Notes: generated by a model from the letters alone, not told the origin. A stretch of DNA of 64,000 nt from Balanoglossus misakiensis (GCA_040954595.2 JBECUI020000030.1:248001-312000), one strand, 5' to 3'; shown: positions 33,081 through 43,541, counted from the stretch's first letter. Program-made: numbers and translations.

Positions 33081-33908
33081 ATGGCAATACAGAAACAAAC
33101 AGGTCAATATATTGAAGTTGACCCCGGCGTAGAGATTTATTACGAGGACAGAGGGAGAGGTTCACCTATTATCTTTGTACCGGGTTGGACATTTACTACT
33201 GAGGTATTTGTCGCCCAGTTGGAACATTTTTCCAAGAGGCATCGAGTTATTGTTTTCGATCCCCGTAGCCAAGGACGGTCAACCGTTACACTTCAGGGTA
33301 ATAACTATGCTGCGCACGGAACAGATCTGGTAAAAATAATCAAGGCACTTAAACTTCAAGATTGTGTGTTGGTAGGATGGTCATTCGGATGTCTGGAGGT
33401 CTGGGAGTATATCAAACAAGAAGGTTTTGAAAACGTAAAAGCAGTGATCTCTGTTGACCTATCACCAAAACCATTATCTGTAAATAGCAAAGATTGGGTC
33501 GAAGGCCCCTTGGATGAAATTGCTGAGGCCTATACTGTGTATATGCAATCTCCAAAAGGGCAACGAGATTTTGTAACATATTATACGACTGAAGTAATGG
33601 TACAACGTGATCTCAAAGAAGAAGAACTATTCTGGATTGTTGAGCAATCATTGAAAACTCCATACTATATTGCGAGTAATTTATTTGCATCCGGAATGTT
33701 TGCGAACTATATGGCTGAAGCCAAACATGTAGATGAGTCTGTACCGGCCCTCAATATCCATGCTGAGCATTGGGCAGAGACAGCGGTTGCATTTACGAAA
33801 AAGCATTTCCCCAACACAAAATCAAAAGTTCTGGGCGGTCATATGATGTTTTGGGAACATGCGGATGCCTTTAACAAACTTGTAGATGAGTTTATCGCTT
33901 CATTGTAA
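33081..33908 (+). CDS. alpha/beta hydrolase (non-heme haloperoxidase-like)
   Basis: VPGW, DPRSQGRS, GWSFG, GGHMMFWE; GGAGG RBS. Confidence 0.9.
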   Translation: MAIQKQTGQYIEVDPGVEIYYEDRGRGSPIIFVPGWTFTTEVFVAQLEHFSKRHRVIVFDPRSQGRSTVTLQGNNYAAHGTDLVKIIKALKLQDCVLVGWSFGCLEVWEYIKQEGFENVKAVISVDLSPKPLSVNSKDWVEGPLDEIAEAYTVYMQSPKGQRDFVTYYTTEVMVQRDLKEEELFWIVEQSLKTPYYIASNLFASGMFANYMAEAKHVDESVPALNIHAEHWAETAVAFTKKHFPNTKSKVLGGHMMFWEHADAFNKLVDEFIASL

Positions 33909-33916
33909 ACTGCTGT

Positions 33917-34166
33917 TCTTTCGGTATCGCCTGCGTTTGATATGCTTTCTGCTCCCCAAAAACCAGTAAAGAAGACTATGCCGGCATTGTAGATAGCATG
34001 CTGGCAATTATGCGGTATTATTCCAAAGACTTTATGAAACACGGTTCCGGCGATCCCTTGTATGTAACAGGTAGGGCGGCGGGATCAAGACAAATCTTTT
34101 ACTCATCAATGTATTGAAATGTATAGTGAACAACTGATATAGATGACATCATGGCTTCTCATGCAA
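33917..34166 (+). repeat. degenerate direct copy of 32212-32671 (xylB 3' end plus gmrSD tip)
   Basis: Long near-identical stretches such as GAAGACTATGCCGGCATTGTAGATAGCATGCTGGCAATTATGCG; two internal deletions. Confidence 0.9.
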
Positions 34167-35936
34167 CAGTTGGGCTATTGCTTTTTTTATATTTGTTTCG
34201 CGAGTATTAATAAACTCATTAAAATCATCTACAGTAAAAGGATCCTTCATTAAGATATTAAAACACTCATCATCGATAAAGTGTTTTGCTAGAATATTTT
34301 TAACTGCTTCTTCACCATTGTTTTTTTGCCACTCAGGTAAGTATTCGTTTGGCAGTCTATCGTTTATAATACGTCTATTTGTTTCTGATGTTAAAGGCGA
34401 GCGGTTGAGAATAGTATGCCACTGTTCATCTTCGCGATTGAGATTTTTTTGACCCCATTTAATGGGTATAATATGATGGTCATCAATTTCCATTTTTTGC
34501 AGAGACCCTCCCTTTACCCAGTCACATGCCCCATTCATAATGAGTAGGTTGAAAATACCATTGTATCTAGCTGTTCCTTTTTTCTTCACTGAATGTAAAT
34601 CAATATCGTTTAGCTTGGAGCAGAAATCTGTTATTGATGAGGGCTTAATATTATTATCAAGCCATAGTTTCATATCAAGATAGTCCCTTGCACTTGTTGA
34701 CTCAACCGATCCTGAATATCGTTGGTCAAAGATGGAAGTCCAATACCATTGTTGAATTTTCTTGTTTGCACTTAAAAATTTTTCGGGGTATGTCTCGGCA
34801 TAATGTAGAATTGAGGACAAAGCAGGCAAAATAGAAGCATAAGGTAGGTAATGGGATGATGTCACTCCATAGTCCTTTTCCAGAAGTAAAATTGCGTTTT
34901 GAATGGCTTGCACTGCGGTATCCCACAGCTCTTTAAATTCATCAGAATTTTGTACAAGGGGTTCTTTTTTTGAAGTACCGTCCGGGGCTCGCGTCTTTTT
35001 TTCTTGCCCAGGAAGTAGGTAATACAAATATTTTGGGGAGCAGTAAGACTGTTTTAAGATAGACATAACCTGCAGGATATAAACATTCATTTTTGGAATG
35101 TCGGTCTCAATCAATCGAAGCTTTCCCGTTACATTACGCCACATTTCTTTAAGCGGTAGCTTCTTTGGTGTGAGGAGGGCGTTCATTAGATCAAATATAT
35201 CTAGTTTAACTCCCTTACTATTGATTCGAGAAAAAATATCGCATACCTTATCTATTGCCAACTCAGCGTCTAATTCGACATACGTTATTTGATAATCATC
35301 AAAGATCTCCTCTATTCTGACCCCAAACTCTTGTGCATTAGGGCTGCCCGGCGTTTCTTGACAATATTTTTCGTAATTCTGTATCCAATTAGAAAAATGT
35401 CTAGATCTATTTCTGCCAAGAACAGATAAGGGAAAATAATGATTTTCAAATTGATACTTTTGATTGTTTAATATTTTGTTGTAAGTACTCGGCGCCCATT
35501 CGTATTGAAAGGCTTCGTCATATTCTTCGTTCATAAACTTGTCTACCCGTATATAGTAGATCATTTTATTTTTTTTCTTTGGTGGGGGAACATCTGGAGC
35601 AATAATTGCATAATAAAGAGCAGTTAGCCTTTGTTGCCCGTCTAAGACAATGAATTCCGGGGAAGTGTCATCTACATTCCATTTTCTTGGTTCTTTAACA
35701 TTCCTGTATCCGTATATTGTTTCACAGGATAGGCTATTGAAATTTTCTTTTTTACCCTTCCATAATAGTAGGCTCCCAATGTAATAATCAAGAAAAACAG
35801 ATTTTATTAATTCCTTAATATCCGATGGTTCCCATTCAAACTCTCTTTGAAAATTGGGTATAACAAAACGTCCTTCTTTTAGCCATTCAATAATATTCTT
35901 GAGGCTTTTATAGTCTGGTTTTTGAACATCTTTCAT
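34149..35936 (-). CDS. GmrSD-like type IV restriction protein (DUF262 plus C-terminal HNH-like domain)
   Basis: IPNFQREFEW, LDGQQRLT, FSRINSKG, DDHHIIP...N. Confidence 0.85.
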   Translation of the reverse strand: MKDVQKPDYKSLKNIIEWLKEGRFVIPNFQREFEWEPSDIKELIKSVFLDYYIGSLLLWKGKKENFNSLSCETIYGYRNVKEPRKWNVDDTSPEFIVLDGQQRLTALYYAIIAPDVPPPKKKNKMIYYIRVDKFMNEEYDEAFQYEWAPSTYNKILNNQKYQFENHYFPLSVLGRNRSRHFSNWIQNYEKYCQETPGSPNAQEFGVRIEEIFDDYQITYVELDAELAIDKVCDIFSRINSKGVKLDIFDLMNALLTPKKLPLKEMWRNVTGKLRLIETDIPKMNVYILQVMSILKQSYCSPKYLYYLLPGQEKKTRAPDGTSKKEPLVQNSDEFKELWDTAVQAIQNAILLLEKDYGVTSSHYLPYASILPALSSILHYAETYPEKFLSANKKIQQWYWTSIFDQRYSGSVESTSARDYLDMKLWLDNNIKPSSITDFCSKLNDIDLHSVKKKGTARYNGIFNLLIMNGACDWVKGGSLQKMEIDDHHIIPIKWGQKNLNREDEQWHTILNRSPLTSETNRRIINDRLPNEYLPEWQKNNGEEAVKNILAKHFIDDECFNILMKDPFTVDDFNEFINTRETNIKKAIAQLLHEKP

Positions 35937-36053
35937 CTAACCTCTCCTAAGTAATATTTAAAATCATCATTCTATTGTATAACGTTACTCTTATTATGGC
36001 AATCTCTATCAAAAATACTTGGAAACAGTTCTCGAATACATAATATTCTACTC

Positions 36054-36097
36054 TTGACCGTTTTATTGCCTAAAGATATAATATGAGTGACTACTCA
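36054..36097 (+). promoter_or_regulatory. promoter with TetR-type operator
   Basis: TTGACC-17-TATAAT (36054-36082) followed by TGAGT-gact-ACTCA (36084-36097). Confidence 0.7.
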
Positions 36098-36118
36098 GTT
36101 AGTGAATAAGGAGGACAT

Positions 36119-36940
36119 ATGTTATTTCAAGATAAAACTGTATTAGTAACCGGGGCTTCTTCGGGCATTGGACTAGCGCTGGCAATGGAAGTGGCAAAGA
36201 GAGGTGCACGGGTGATTCTTACTGCACGTTCGACGGATAAACTCAATCAATTAGCTGCAAGTCTTCGTGACAAGGGCACTGATGTACATGTTTTTACCGA
36301 GGATTTAAGTCTTCCCGGTTCTGCAGAGAAACTGTATACGGCAATTATTCAAGCAGGGTTGGTAGTAGATATTCTTATTAATAATGCAGCTTATGGCAGA
36401 TGGGGAGAATTTACAACCTATGAACGACCGGATTACGCAAAGATGGTTCAACTCAATATTGTTTCCTTAACGGAACTGTGTCATCTTTTTATTCCCGATA
36501 TGGTTGAAAGGAAACAGGGGGGCATTATAAATGTTGGATCTACAGCATCATTTGGTCCGGTGCCTTATGCGACAGTCTATTCTTCGTCTAAGGCATACGT
36601 TTTAATGTTTACAGAAGCAATCAGGTATGAGTATGCCAATACGGGAGTTCGTATTATGGCATTGTGTCCGGGTTTCACTCAATCCAATTTTGCAACAGTT
36701 GCTTCCGAGGAATCGGAACCGGTTGCAACCCATGTAAAAAAATTGATGCAAAGTCATGGCGATCAGGCGCAGTCCGCAGAGGAAGTTGCAATTCAGGGTT
36801 TAGATGCCTTTGTGAAAGATAAGATGTGTGTTATTACCGGTACGCGGAATAAGGTAATGCAAGCAATCGTGCAGTTATTCCCGCGAAAAACCAGACTGAA
36901 CATAGTTGGAAGTATATTTCAGAGGATCGTAGGCAAATAG
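36119..36940 (+). CDS. short-chain dehydrogenase/reductase
   Basis: TGASSGIG, NNA, YSSSK. Confidence 0.92.
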   Translation: MLFQDKTVLVTGASSGIGLALAMEVAKRGARVILTARSTDKLNQLAASLRDKGTDVHVFTEDLSLPGSAEKLYTAIIQAGLVVDILINNAAYGRWGEFTTYERPDYAKMVQLNIVSLTELCHLFIPDMVERKQGGIINVGSTASFGPVPYATVYSSSKAYVLMFTEAIRYEYANTGVRIMALCPGFTQSNFATVASEESEPVATHVKKLMQSHGDQAQSAEEVAIQGLDAFVKDKMCVITGTRNKVMQAIVQLFPRKTRLNIVGSIFQRIVGK

Positions 36941-36967
36941 AAAAGATCCCATTGTTGTAACAATGAT

Positions 36968-37561
36968 ATGAAAAACCCGTCAACAAAAGATAAGATTGAA
37001 GAACGTGCATTAAAACTCTTTGCAAAACAAGGTATTAAACAAACATCAACTGCTCAGATTGCCAAAGATGTGGGGATTGCATCCGGAACCTTGTTTGTTC
37101 ACTTTAAGACAAAACAGGAGTTAATTGATGCACTGTACTTAAAAATCAAGAGGTCCGCATTTGCCTGTCTTGATGCAACTATTCAAGCGGACATACATGT
37201 AGAAGAACTTCTTAAATTATATGCACGAAAAATTATTGAGTACTTTCTTCGAAATTATCATGCCCTTGTTTTTTTAGAGTTAGTTGAAACCGACCCCGCA
37301 GTGTCTGTAGAAATAGTTGCCCAAGGGTATGAAAAATTTCTGCGTGTTACTCGATTGTTTGTAGAAAAAGCAATGGGCGAGGTTCATTGTACGAATATGG
37401 ATATACAGCTTATTCAACAGCTAAACTGGAATACACTGAAAACTATCATCAAATTTTTGAAGCAAAACAAATTAAAAACAGTCGATGAGAACCACCTAGA
37501 TATTGTTTGGTCCGTAACATACGGCTGTTTACGCAGTATGTCCGGCATAGAATCGAAATGA
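36968..37561 (+). CDS. TetR/AcrR family regulator
   Basis: IAKDVGIASGTLFVHFKTKQEL. Confidence 0.92.
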   Translation: MKNPSTKDKIEERALKLFAKQGIKQTSTAQIAKDVGIASGTLFVHFKTKQELIDALYLKIKRSAFACLDATIQADIHVEELLKLYARKIIEYFLRNYHALVFLELVETDPAVSVEIVAQGYEKFLRVTRLFVEKAMGEVHCTNMDIQLIQQLNWNTLKTIIKFLKQNKLKTVDENHLDIVWSVTYGCLRSMSGIESK

Positions 37562-37617
37562 GAATAGGATGGGATTGCTCTATCGGACTATAGACAATTA
37601 TCCTTTTTGCGTAAAGG

Positions 37618-38760
37618 TTAATCTGCTTTGGGAGTATGTACGGCAACTTGGGCGACTAAATATTTTTGCAACACATCTTTTTTAAGTGTTATACCCAAGC
37701 CCGGAGCTGTAGGAATGGATACTATGCCGCCCTTTATAAATTCGGAATAATTAGTTATATCTTCCTTCAAACGGAGTGGAGAAAAATAGGCATGCCCAAA
37801 AGCATAAATATTAGAACAGGAAGATCCAAGTGCAAAGCTGGCGGCTTGGGTTATCCCTTCTTCTATCATCGAATTAAAAAGTATTTCTATACCAAAATGC
37901 TTGGCTAGATTGATAATTTGACAGGACGGGTAAATTCCACCATTTTTACAGACTTTAATACTAAAGACATCAACTGCGTCTTGCTTAATCAACATTTTCG
38001 CATGTTCCAAAGATAGAAGCGATTCGTCCGCACTTATCCTAATTCCGGAAATATCTTTAATCTTTTTTAGCCCATCTATATTAGTGGCAGAAACCGGTTG
38101 CTCCAAAAGATCTATATTACAATCGACAACTCGTTTTAGATATTTTAATGTTGTATGAACGTCCCACCCTTGATTTGCATCAGGAATTAATGGGATTTTG
38201 CCATCCAAGGCCTTGTTTATTGCTATCGTTCGCTCGGCGTCGTGGTGCCAGTCTTCTGTTCCCACTTTCACCATAAGGGAATGATATCCCTTTGCGATAA
38301 GTTCTTGTGCAGTTCGTGCATTATCATCGGGGCTGCCCCCACCAATAGAGCCCATGATAGGAAGCTCCGTTCTTAGCTGTCCTCCGATAAGTTGTGCAAC
38401 TGAAAGCCCCGAGCTCTTGCCTAATATGTCGTAACAAGCCATATCTATACTTGCCTTCGCTAAGTGCATATCTCTAATGACACTGTCCATAATCTCGTGC
38501 AGTAAAATAATATTTCTCGGATCTTTTCCAATAAGAATGGGGGCTATGGTATGTTGTAGAACTGCCATTACGGTCTCTGTTGTTTCACCCGTGAAGGCAG
38601 CTTCGGGATCGGTTTCCCCAAGACCTGTGATTCCGCTATCGGTCATAATTTCAATGACAACAGGTCGGGTTGTATACAGTGTGCCGTACAGTTGGGATAA
38701 CTTATAGGGATGTTGCAAAGGTATTTCTGTTTGATATATATTAATGGATGTAATTTTCAT
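37618..38760 (-). CDS. enolase-superfamily (muconate lactonizing enzyme / dipeptide epimerase subgroup) protein
   Basis: GITGLGE, IDMACYD, DANQGW, EQP, DES, IKVCKNGG. Confidence 0.9.
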   Translation of the reverse strand: MKITSINIYQTEIPLQHPYKLSQLYGTLYTTRPVVIEIMTDSGITGLGETDPEAAFTGETTETVMAVLQHTIAPILIGKDPRNIILLHEIMDSVIRDMHLAKASIDMACYDILGKSSGLSVAQLIGGQLRTELPIMGSIGGGSPDDNARTAQELIAKGYHSLMVKVGTEDWHHDAERTIAINKALDGKIPLIPDANQGWDVHTTLKYLKRVVDCNIDLLEQPVSATNIDGLKKIKDISGIRISADESLLSLEHAKMLIKQDAVDVFSIKVCKNGGIYPSCQIINLAKHFGIEILFNSMIEEGITQAASFALGSSCSNIYAFGHAYFSPLRLKEDITNYSEFIKGGIVSIPTAPGLGITLKKDVLQKYLVAQVAVHTPKAD

Positions 38761-38823
38761 ATCGTCCTACTTTCCGGCACAGCAAGAGCAAAGGGCAAGT
38801 GCTGCACCGGTTTATAGGTAAAA

Positions 38824-40260
38824 TTAGGCCTTCGTTTTGCTCTTTTGCAGCGCCGAAACTATGTACATTGTTAGTACGGAACTAACCAATCCGTATGTTG
38901 CAAACGGAAGTTGTCCAAGGAATCCCGGAAAGGATGCCCCATACTGTTTGGTTATAATACAAACAACTATGGCGACAATCATACTGGCAAAAACAGCATG
39001 AGATGTAAATTTTTGTTTCTTTCGATAGATATATCCTAAAAATATGGGGGCGAATAATCCTGCTGCCGAAAAGGCATAAGTATACACCAGCCATTTAAGA
39101 ACATCTTGAAATTGAACAGATAGCGTACCCGCAACTGCCATAACAACTACCGTCAATATACGTGAGACTCTAATTAATTTTTTATCGGAAATATCCGGAT
39201 GAAAAAAAGCTGTATAAATATCTCGAGTAATATTGACAACTACAGTCTGACTAGCACTACTGACAGTAGACATAATTGTTGCCACCACTAATCCTGCAAA
39301 CAGAGCAAGGAGCCACGCTGGAAACTGTGTCATTGCCCATCCTGTAGCACTAGCACCTTCGGGAAGAGTGGGCATCAGACTTTTTACTATTGTTCCCATC
39401 ATAAATGCCCAAACTACAGCTAAAATTAACACAATAGCGGAAACTGCTAATGATACATTAACTTTTTTATGATCTCTGATAGCACATATCCGTTGATAGT
39501 ATATCTGATTAGTCATTCCTCCTGGAAGCGCAGAAAAGAGCCAAAGGAGCACAGTTACTCCACCGACACTTAAAAAGCCTTGCGGAAAGGCAACGTTTTC
39601 ACGAGGAACAAATTCGCTTTGTACTACGGTTGTCCATCCACCTGCCTGGCCTGAAAGAAATATCAATACAGTGATACAAGTAACTATCATAAAACAGGCA
39701 AAAATGAAATCAGTCCATGCAACCGTCTTTAGTCCTGAGGGCATAATAAACAGCAGACTGAAGAGTGAAATTCCAACTATCAATGTAGACGAAGGAATAT
39801 TGGTTATGCCTGAATACAATTGACCAAAAGCTACCAACTGAGAGGTAATCCAACCAAAAGGAACGATCAGTGTAAGGAATGCTCCCAGCAATGCAACTCC
39901 TCTATGTTCTCCATAAAAATTCCTTAACATATCTCCGATAGTAGAAAATTTATTTTTTCTAATCCATGGAGCCACAAACATCAGAATGAAAAAAGGCATC
40001 GATGCGATAATTCCGTAGGTTACCGTAGATAATCCGTTTTGAAAACCAAGTCCTACCAAAGCAACAAGGACCCCTCCGCCCATTGCACTGGCAAATTGAG
40101 TGGCAATAATTACATAGGTGGGTAAATCTCTCCCTCCAATGCTCCAATCTTCGCCGCTAACAGCTTTTCTTCGAGTTAGTAGCACTGAGTAAACAAAAGG
40201 TATTGCCATTATTACCAAACTGCTTATCAGAATGAGAATTGTATTTGATGTATTCGCCAT
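38824..40260 (-). CDS. sodium:solute symporter
   Basis: GGRDLP, GLKTVAWTD, YYQRI, ATIMST; many TM helices. Confidence 0.9.
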   Translation of the reverse strand: MANTSNTILILISSLVIMAIPFVYSVLLTRRKAVSGEDWSIGGRDLPTYVIIATQFASAMGGGVLVALVGLGFQNGLSTVTYGIIASMPFFILMFVAPWIRKNKFSTIGDMLRNFYGEHRGVALLGAFLTLIVPFGWITSQLVAFGQLYSGITNIPSSTLIVGISLFSLLFIMPSGLKTVAWTDFIFACFMIVTCITVLIFLSGQAGGWTTVVQSEFVPRENVAFPQGFLSVGGVTVLLWLFSALPGGMTNQIYYQRICAIRDHKKVNVSLAVSAIVLILAVVWAFMMGTIVKSLMPTLPEGASATGWAMTQFPAWLLALFAGLVVATIMSTVSSASQTVVVNITRDIYTAFFHPDISDKKLIRVSRILTVVVMAVAGTLSVQFQDVLKWLVYTYAFSAAGLFAPIFLGYIYRKKQKFTSHAVFASMIVAIVVCIITKQYGASFPGFLGQLPFATYGLVSSVLTMYIVSALQKSKTKA

Positions 40261-40297
40261 ATATTCCTCCTTAATATAATATCATGTCGTATAATTG

Positions 40298-41374
40298 TTA
40301 ATTTCCATATTTAGTAAAATGAAGTAGTTCTTCCTTATTCATTCCTGCAAGTCCCAAAGACTGCAATGTTCGAGCATTCTCAAAATTATTATCAGTAATA
40401 GCACGTGCTAGAGTAATCGTTGCATCCATGATGGGAACAGGTACTCCCAGTGCTTCTGCCAAAGAAGACATAGGGATAAGTCCCATGGGAATATCTTCCA
40501 AAAGATAGCGCGTTTGAACGGTATTCTGTCCTTTTATACCAGCATACGCAGTAACCTGACGAACTATATCGCTGAGGCGCTCTCCTTCTGCTCCGTAAAG
40601 TTTTTTGTACATATCCACTACTGTCGGTAGAGAAACGTCTATGGCATTTCCTATAGCAATACGTTCTTGATCTATCTTTATAGCCATATCTCCGATTGTT
40701 GGGGTGATGCCTTCATAATAAAATAACCAATCGCGTCCCGACTCCATTAATGAAAGGTTCAATATACTTGTAAGCGGATGGACTGATACATTGAGATTTT
40801 GTAATCCTGTAGCAAATACATTGGGAAGCAGCGTGTTCATTTCTGGAAATAGATCTTGAAATGCGTCTAGCATTTCTTGCCCTCTTTCTCCCGGAATGGT
40901 AGCTAAAGGCAATTCGTTTTTTATGCCGAGGATATTAACACGACCTTTTTCTACCAAGCGTGTTGCATATAAGAGGGAAATGGTTTCACCTACAAGAACA
41001 TCTTCTTGACATCCATTTGCTTTCATTGTGTTATAGAATTCTATGGCACCAAAAGTGGAACCCGGATGAAGAAGTACTTTCTGACCGCTTTTGAGAAACG
41101 GTGCACATGCCTGTGCTATTTGTCGATGAGCAAATGCAGGGGTAACGACGATAATGAGATCGGCTCCCGTTACGGCCTCTTCCATGTTACAAGTTGCAAA
41201 CTCAACGGGTCCAAACCCTTCTAATCGTCCTTGGACATATATGCCTTTTTGCTGATTGATAATGTCTACGGTATCTTGAAAAATATCGTAAACACGAACT
41301 TGTTTCCCCTTAAGTCCTAAGTCTGCAGCTGTAGCATGCCCGCCATTTCCTCCACCTATCACAGCACAGACCAT
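40298..41374 (-). CDS. NAD/NADP-dependent opine (octopine/nopaline-type) dehydrogenase
   Basis: VIGGGNGGHATAADL, HPGSTFG, NVSVHP, YYEGITP, RYLLEDIPMGL. Confidence 0.88.
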   Translation of the reverse strand: MVCAVIGGGNGGHATAADLGLKGKQVRVYDIFQDTVDIINQQKGIYVQGRLEGFGPVEFATCNMEEAVTGADLIIVVTPAFAHRQIAQACAPFLKSGQKVLLHPGSTFGAIEFYNTMKANGCQEDVLVGETISLLYATRLVEKGRVNILGIKNELPLATIPGERGQEMLDAFQDLFPEMNTLLPNVFATGLQNLNVSVHPLTSILNLSLMESGRDWLFYYEGITPTIGDMAIKIDQERIAIGNAIDVSLPTVVDMYKKLYGAEGERLSDIVRQVTAYAGIKGQNTVQTRYLLEDIPMGLIPMSSLAEALGVPVPIMDATITLARAITDNNFENARTLQSLGLAGMNKEELLHFTKYGN

Positions 41375-41430
41375 AGTCGGACTCCTCTCTTCCTTTGTAA
41401 AAAGAAAGAATAATACTTCATATCACCATA

Positions 41431-41514
41431 ATATATATGTTTATCTTAAAAAGCAAGGGAGATTTTTCAAAAATTTGTGAGAAGCATCCTACCAACACTT
41501 TTCTCTTTATCTCT
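41431..41514 (-). repeat. 84-bp promoter-containing repeat, copy 1 (copy 2 at 47427-47510)
   Basis: ATATATGTTTATCTTAAAAAGCAAGGG...TTTGTGAGAAGCATCCTACCAACACTT..CTCTTTATCTCT; TTGCTT-17-TATTAT on the - strand. Confidence 0.88.
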
Positions 41515-41582
41515 TTACTAACGTACAGAAGGTTCGCAGTCAAGCAATCGACCGCTACATCAAAGGAGCCCTAGGGTAACGA

Positions 41583-42710
41583 TTATTGTGCTGCCTGTAA
41601 TATGTCTATTGCTTTATCTAAACTCTGGTCCAAGGCAGGGGAAGAATTAGCAATAGATTGCACAAATATGTCTGGGCTAATACCAACCTTAAAGTAGTCA
41701 ACCCCGTCTAGCATAAAAGTGCGAAATCGCGGGAAGAAAACTATCCATCCATTTAGCAGTATTTTTTTCTGTCCGGCACCGGTGCATCCCAAAGAGGACG
41801 TTCCAATGACCTTTTGTATTGCCTCTGATTGTTGCAGCATCATCAGGAGCATTTCAGCAGCACTACAGGTAAATGTATTTATTAGTACGACAAAGGGTTT
41901 ATCTTGATAGTATGAAAATCCTTTGGGTTGGACGGTTTCATACTGCTTTTGGGTGCTGGTCTCGGAAATGCGCAATTCGGCCATCATAAAAGCTTTTTTC
42001 TTGTTGATAAATCGTGACCCCACCTCTGCCGCAGCGGATCCAGAGCCTCCTGGATTTCCTCGAAGATCAATAATAATTTTTTCCACATCCTTACTGTGGA
42101 AGTCTTTTAGAATATTATCAAGCCTTTGTCCAACAGTTTGTATGTTCCTCTCTGCCAAGTGTACAATATGGAAGTATCCAATGGGAGGTGTTGTGGTGGT
42201 TATTATCCCGTACTGAAAAAGATCTCCCGCTGCTAGTATGGTCCCAGGAAAGTTGGGTTCGGGAGGATTTTGTTGGTCGGCATTAAATTGGTAATTTGGT
42301 TTGTATGCATCAAAGTCATTTTCTCGTTTCTCTTGTAAGAAACGTTCAACTATTTTTTGTTTGTCATATCTAGGTATTAATGTTAGGTCGAAATATAAAT
42401 GTGTGTCGCGAATATGCACATAGGCAATGTCATAGAAAACCTCCAGAAGGGTTTCCCAAGTAGGGGTAGCACGGATAACCGGCTTAAACAAGTTTTCTAT
42501 ATCTGTCAGAGTTTGCCCGTTTTCAAATGTATAATTACTGTATGCGTACAAGGTGTTTAGTTCATGAAAAAAATAATCATAGTTTCCTACTGGTGTATTC
42601 TCAAAAGCCGGAGAAAATGAGAAACTACAGCCGACACTAACAAAAACTATGAACAGCAGAGCTGCTGTTCGGAACAATTTAGAAACGAAACACCATATTG
42701 AGGTTAACAT
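41583..42710 (-). CDS. S41-family peptidase lipoprotein, module A
   Basis: Lipobox VSVG-C; RDTHLY, IIDLRGNPGG, TCSAAE, GISPDI. Confidence 0.88.
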   Translation of the reverse strand: MLTSIWCFVSKLFRTAALLFIVFVSVGCSFSFSPAFENTPVGNYDYFFHELNTLYAYSNYTFENGQTLTDIENLFKPVIRATPTWETLLEVFYDIAYVHIRDTHLYFDLTLIPRYDKQKIVERFLQEKRENDFDAYKPNYQFNADQQNPPEPNFPGTILAAGDLFQYGIITTTTPPIGYFHIVHLAERNIQTVGQRLDNILKDFHSKDVEKIIIDLRGNPGGSGSAAAEVGSRFINKKKAFMMAELRISETSTQKQYETVQPKGFSYYQDKPFVVLINTFTCSAAEMLLMMLQQSEAIQKVIGTSSLGCTGAGQKKILLNGWIVFFPRFRTFMLDGVDYFKVGISPDIFVQSIANSSPALDQSLDKAIDILQAAQ

Positions 42711-43458
42711 TATTTTGTAGCTCCAAACGAATATGAGGAATAGCAAGATATTCAAGTAGACCGCTATACTCAATTTCCAGTAACAACCATGAAAGAACCG
42801 TATACTGATACGCAATATTCATATCAAGACTAATAAAGTTATGAAAAGATAGAAAAACAGGATTTGAAAATATCTCCCAGCCGGTATCTTCAGCAATTAT
42901 TAGCCCAGTCTGGCCGGAATAGTATGGCCGCGAGCCGACGTTTAACATTGGCATATATAGACCTACCAACAATCCATGGGTCTGATTTATTTGCCAGTTC
43001 ATATTTGCTTTAAGCCCTATGCCCGTATATTCTGTCCATGTTATTTCTGGGTCATTTCCCCACTCGTTCAATGTGAAATGTGCTCCTACCCCGAACAAGA
43101 CTGTTATCTGATTGTTTGCCCATACTTGAAACAGTGATACGTATCTTGCTTTAATGAGAAACGCAAACCCGACCGGGTGCTGATATGCTGGTGTGGCGGC
43201 ACGATATAATGAAAATAATGAACCTACTCCAGACAGTATAAGAAATTTATGTTGAGTTCGGGCAGTACGATATGTGTATTCAATGCCAGCACCACCGAGA
43301 AGCGGTACTTGGTATAGGTTAGCATATGCCATATCGGCTCCTACACCTGAAAAAAGTGTAGCGATCATGCGAATTTCGGAATGTTGTATTTTCTCCTCTT
43401 GTGCAACCAGTGAAGGAATAAATATTATCCATAATACATAACATAACATCTGTCGCAT
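42679..43458 (-). CDS. predicted outer-membrane beta-barrel protein, module A
   Basis: Signal peptide, ~10 amphipathic strands, SFHN motif, C-terminal VFRF. Confidence 0.7.
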   Translation of the reverse strand: MRQMLCYVLWIIFIPSLVAQEEKIQHSEIRMIATLFSGVGADMAYANLYQVPLLGGAGIEYTYRTARTQHKFLILSGVGSLFSLYRAATPAYQHPVGFAFLIKARYVSLFQVWANNQITVLFGVGAHFTLNEWGNDPEITWTEYTGIGLKANMNWQINQTHGLLVGLYMPMLNVGSRPYYSGQTGLIIAEDTGWEIFSNPVFLSFHNFISLDMNIAYQYTVLSWLLLEIEYSGLLEYLAIPHIRLELQNNVNLNMVFRF

Positions 43459-43541
43459 AGCTTATGCTAGGATAGCAGTGAAAAAATACCAAGTCAAGGA
43501 GAAAAACGAGCTGGGACATGCATAGTTATTGGGTTAAATAA

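Noticed and set aside
42711-42815. N-terminal extensions of the S41 ORFs in the ORF track (also 49254-49316, 51201-51305, 55426-55542)
   Set aside because: Open frames inside the barrel genes; the conserved ATG 27-28 codons before the lipobox Cys gives a normal signal length
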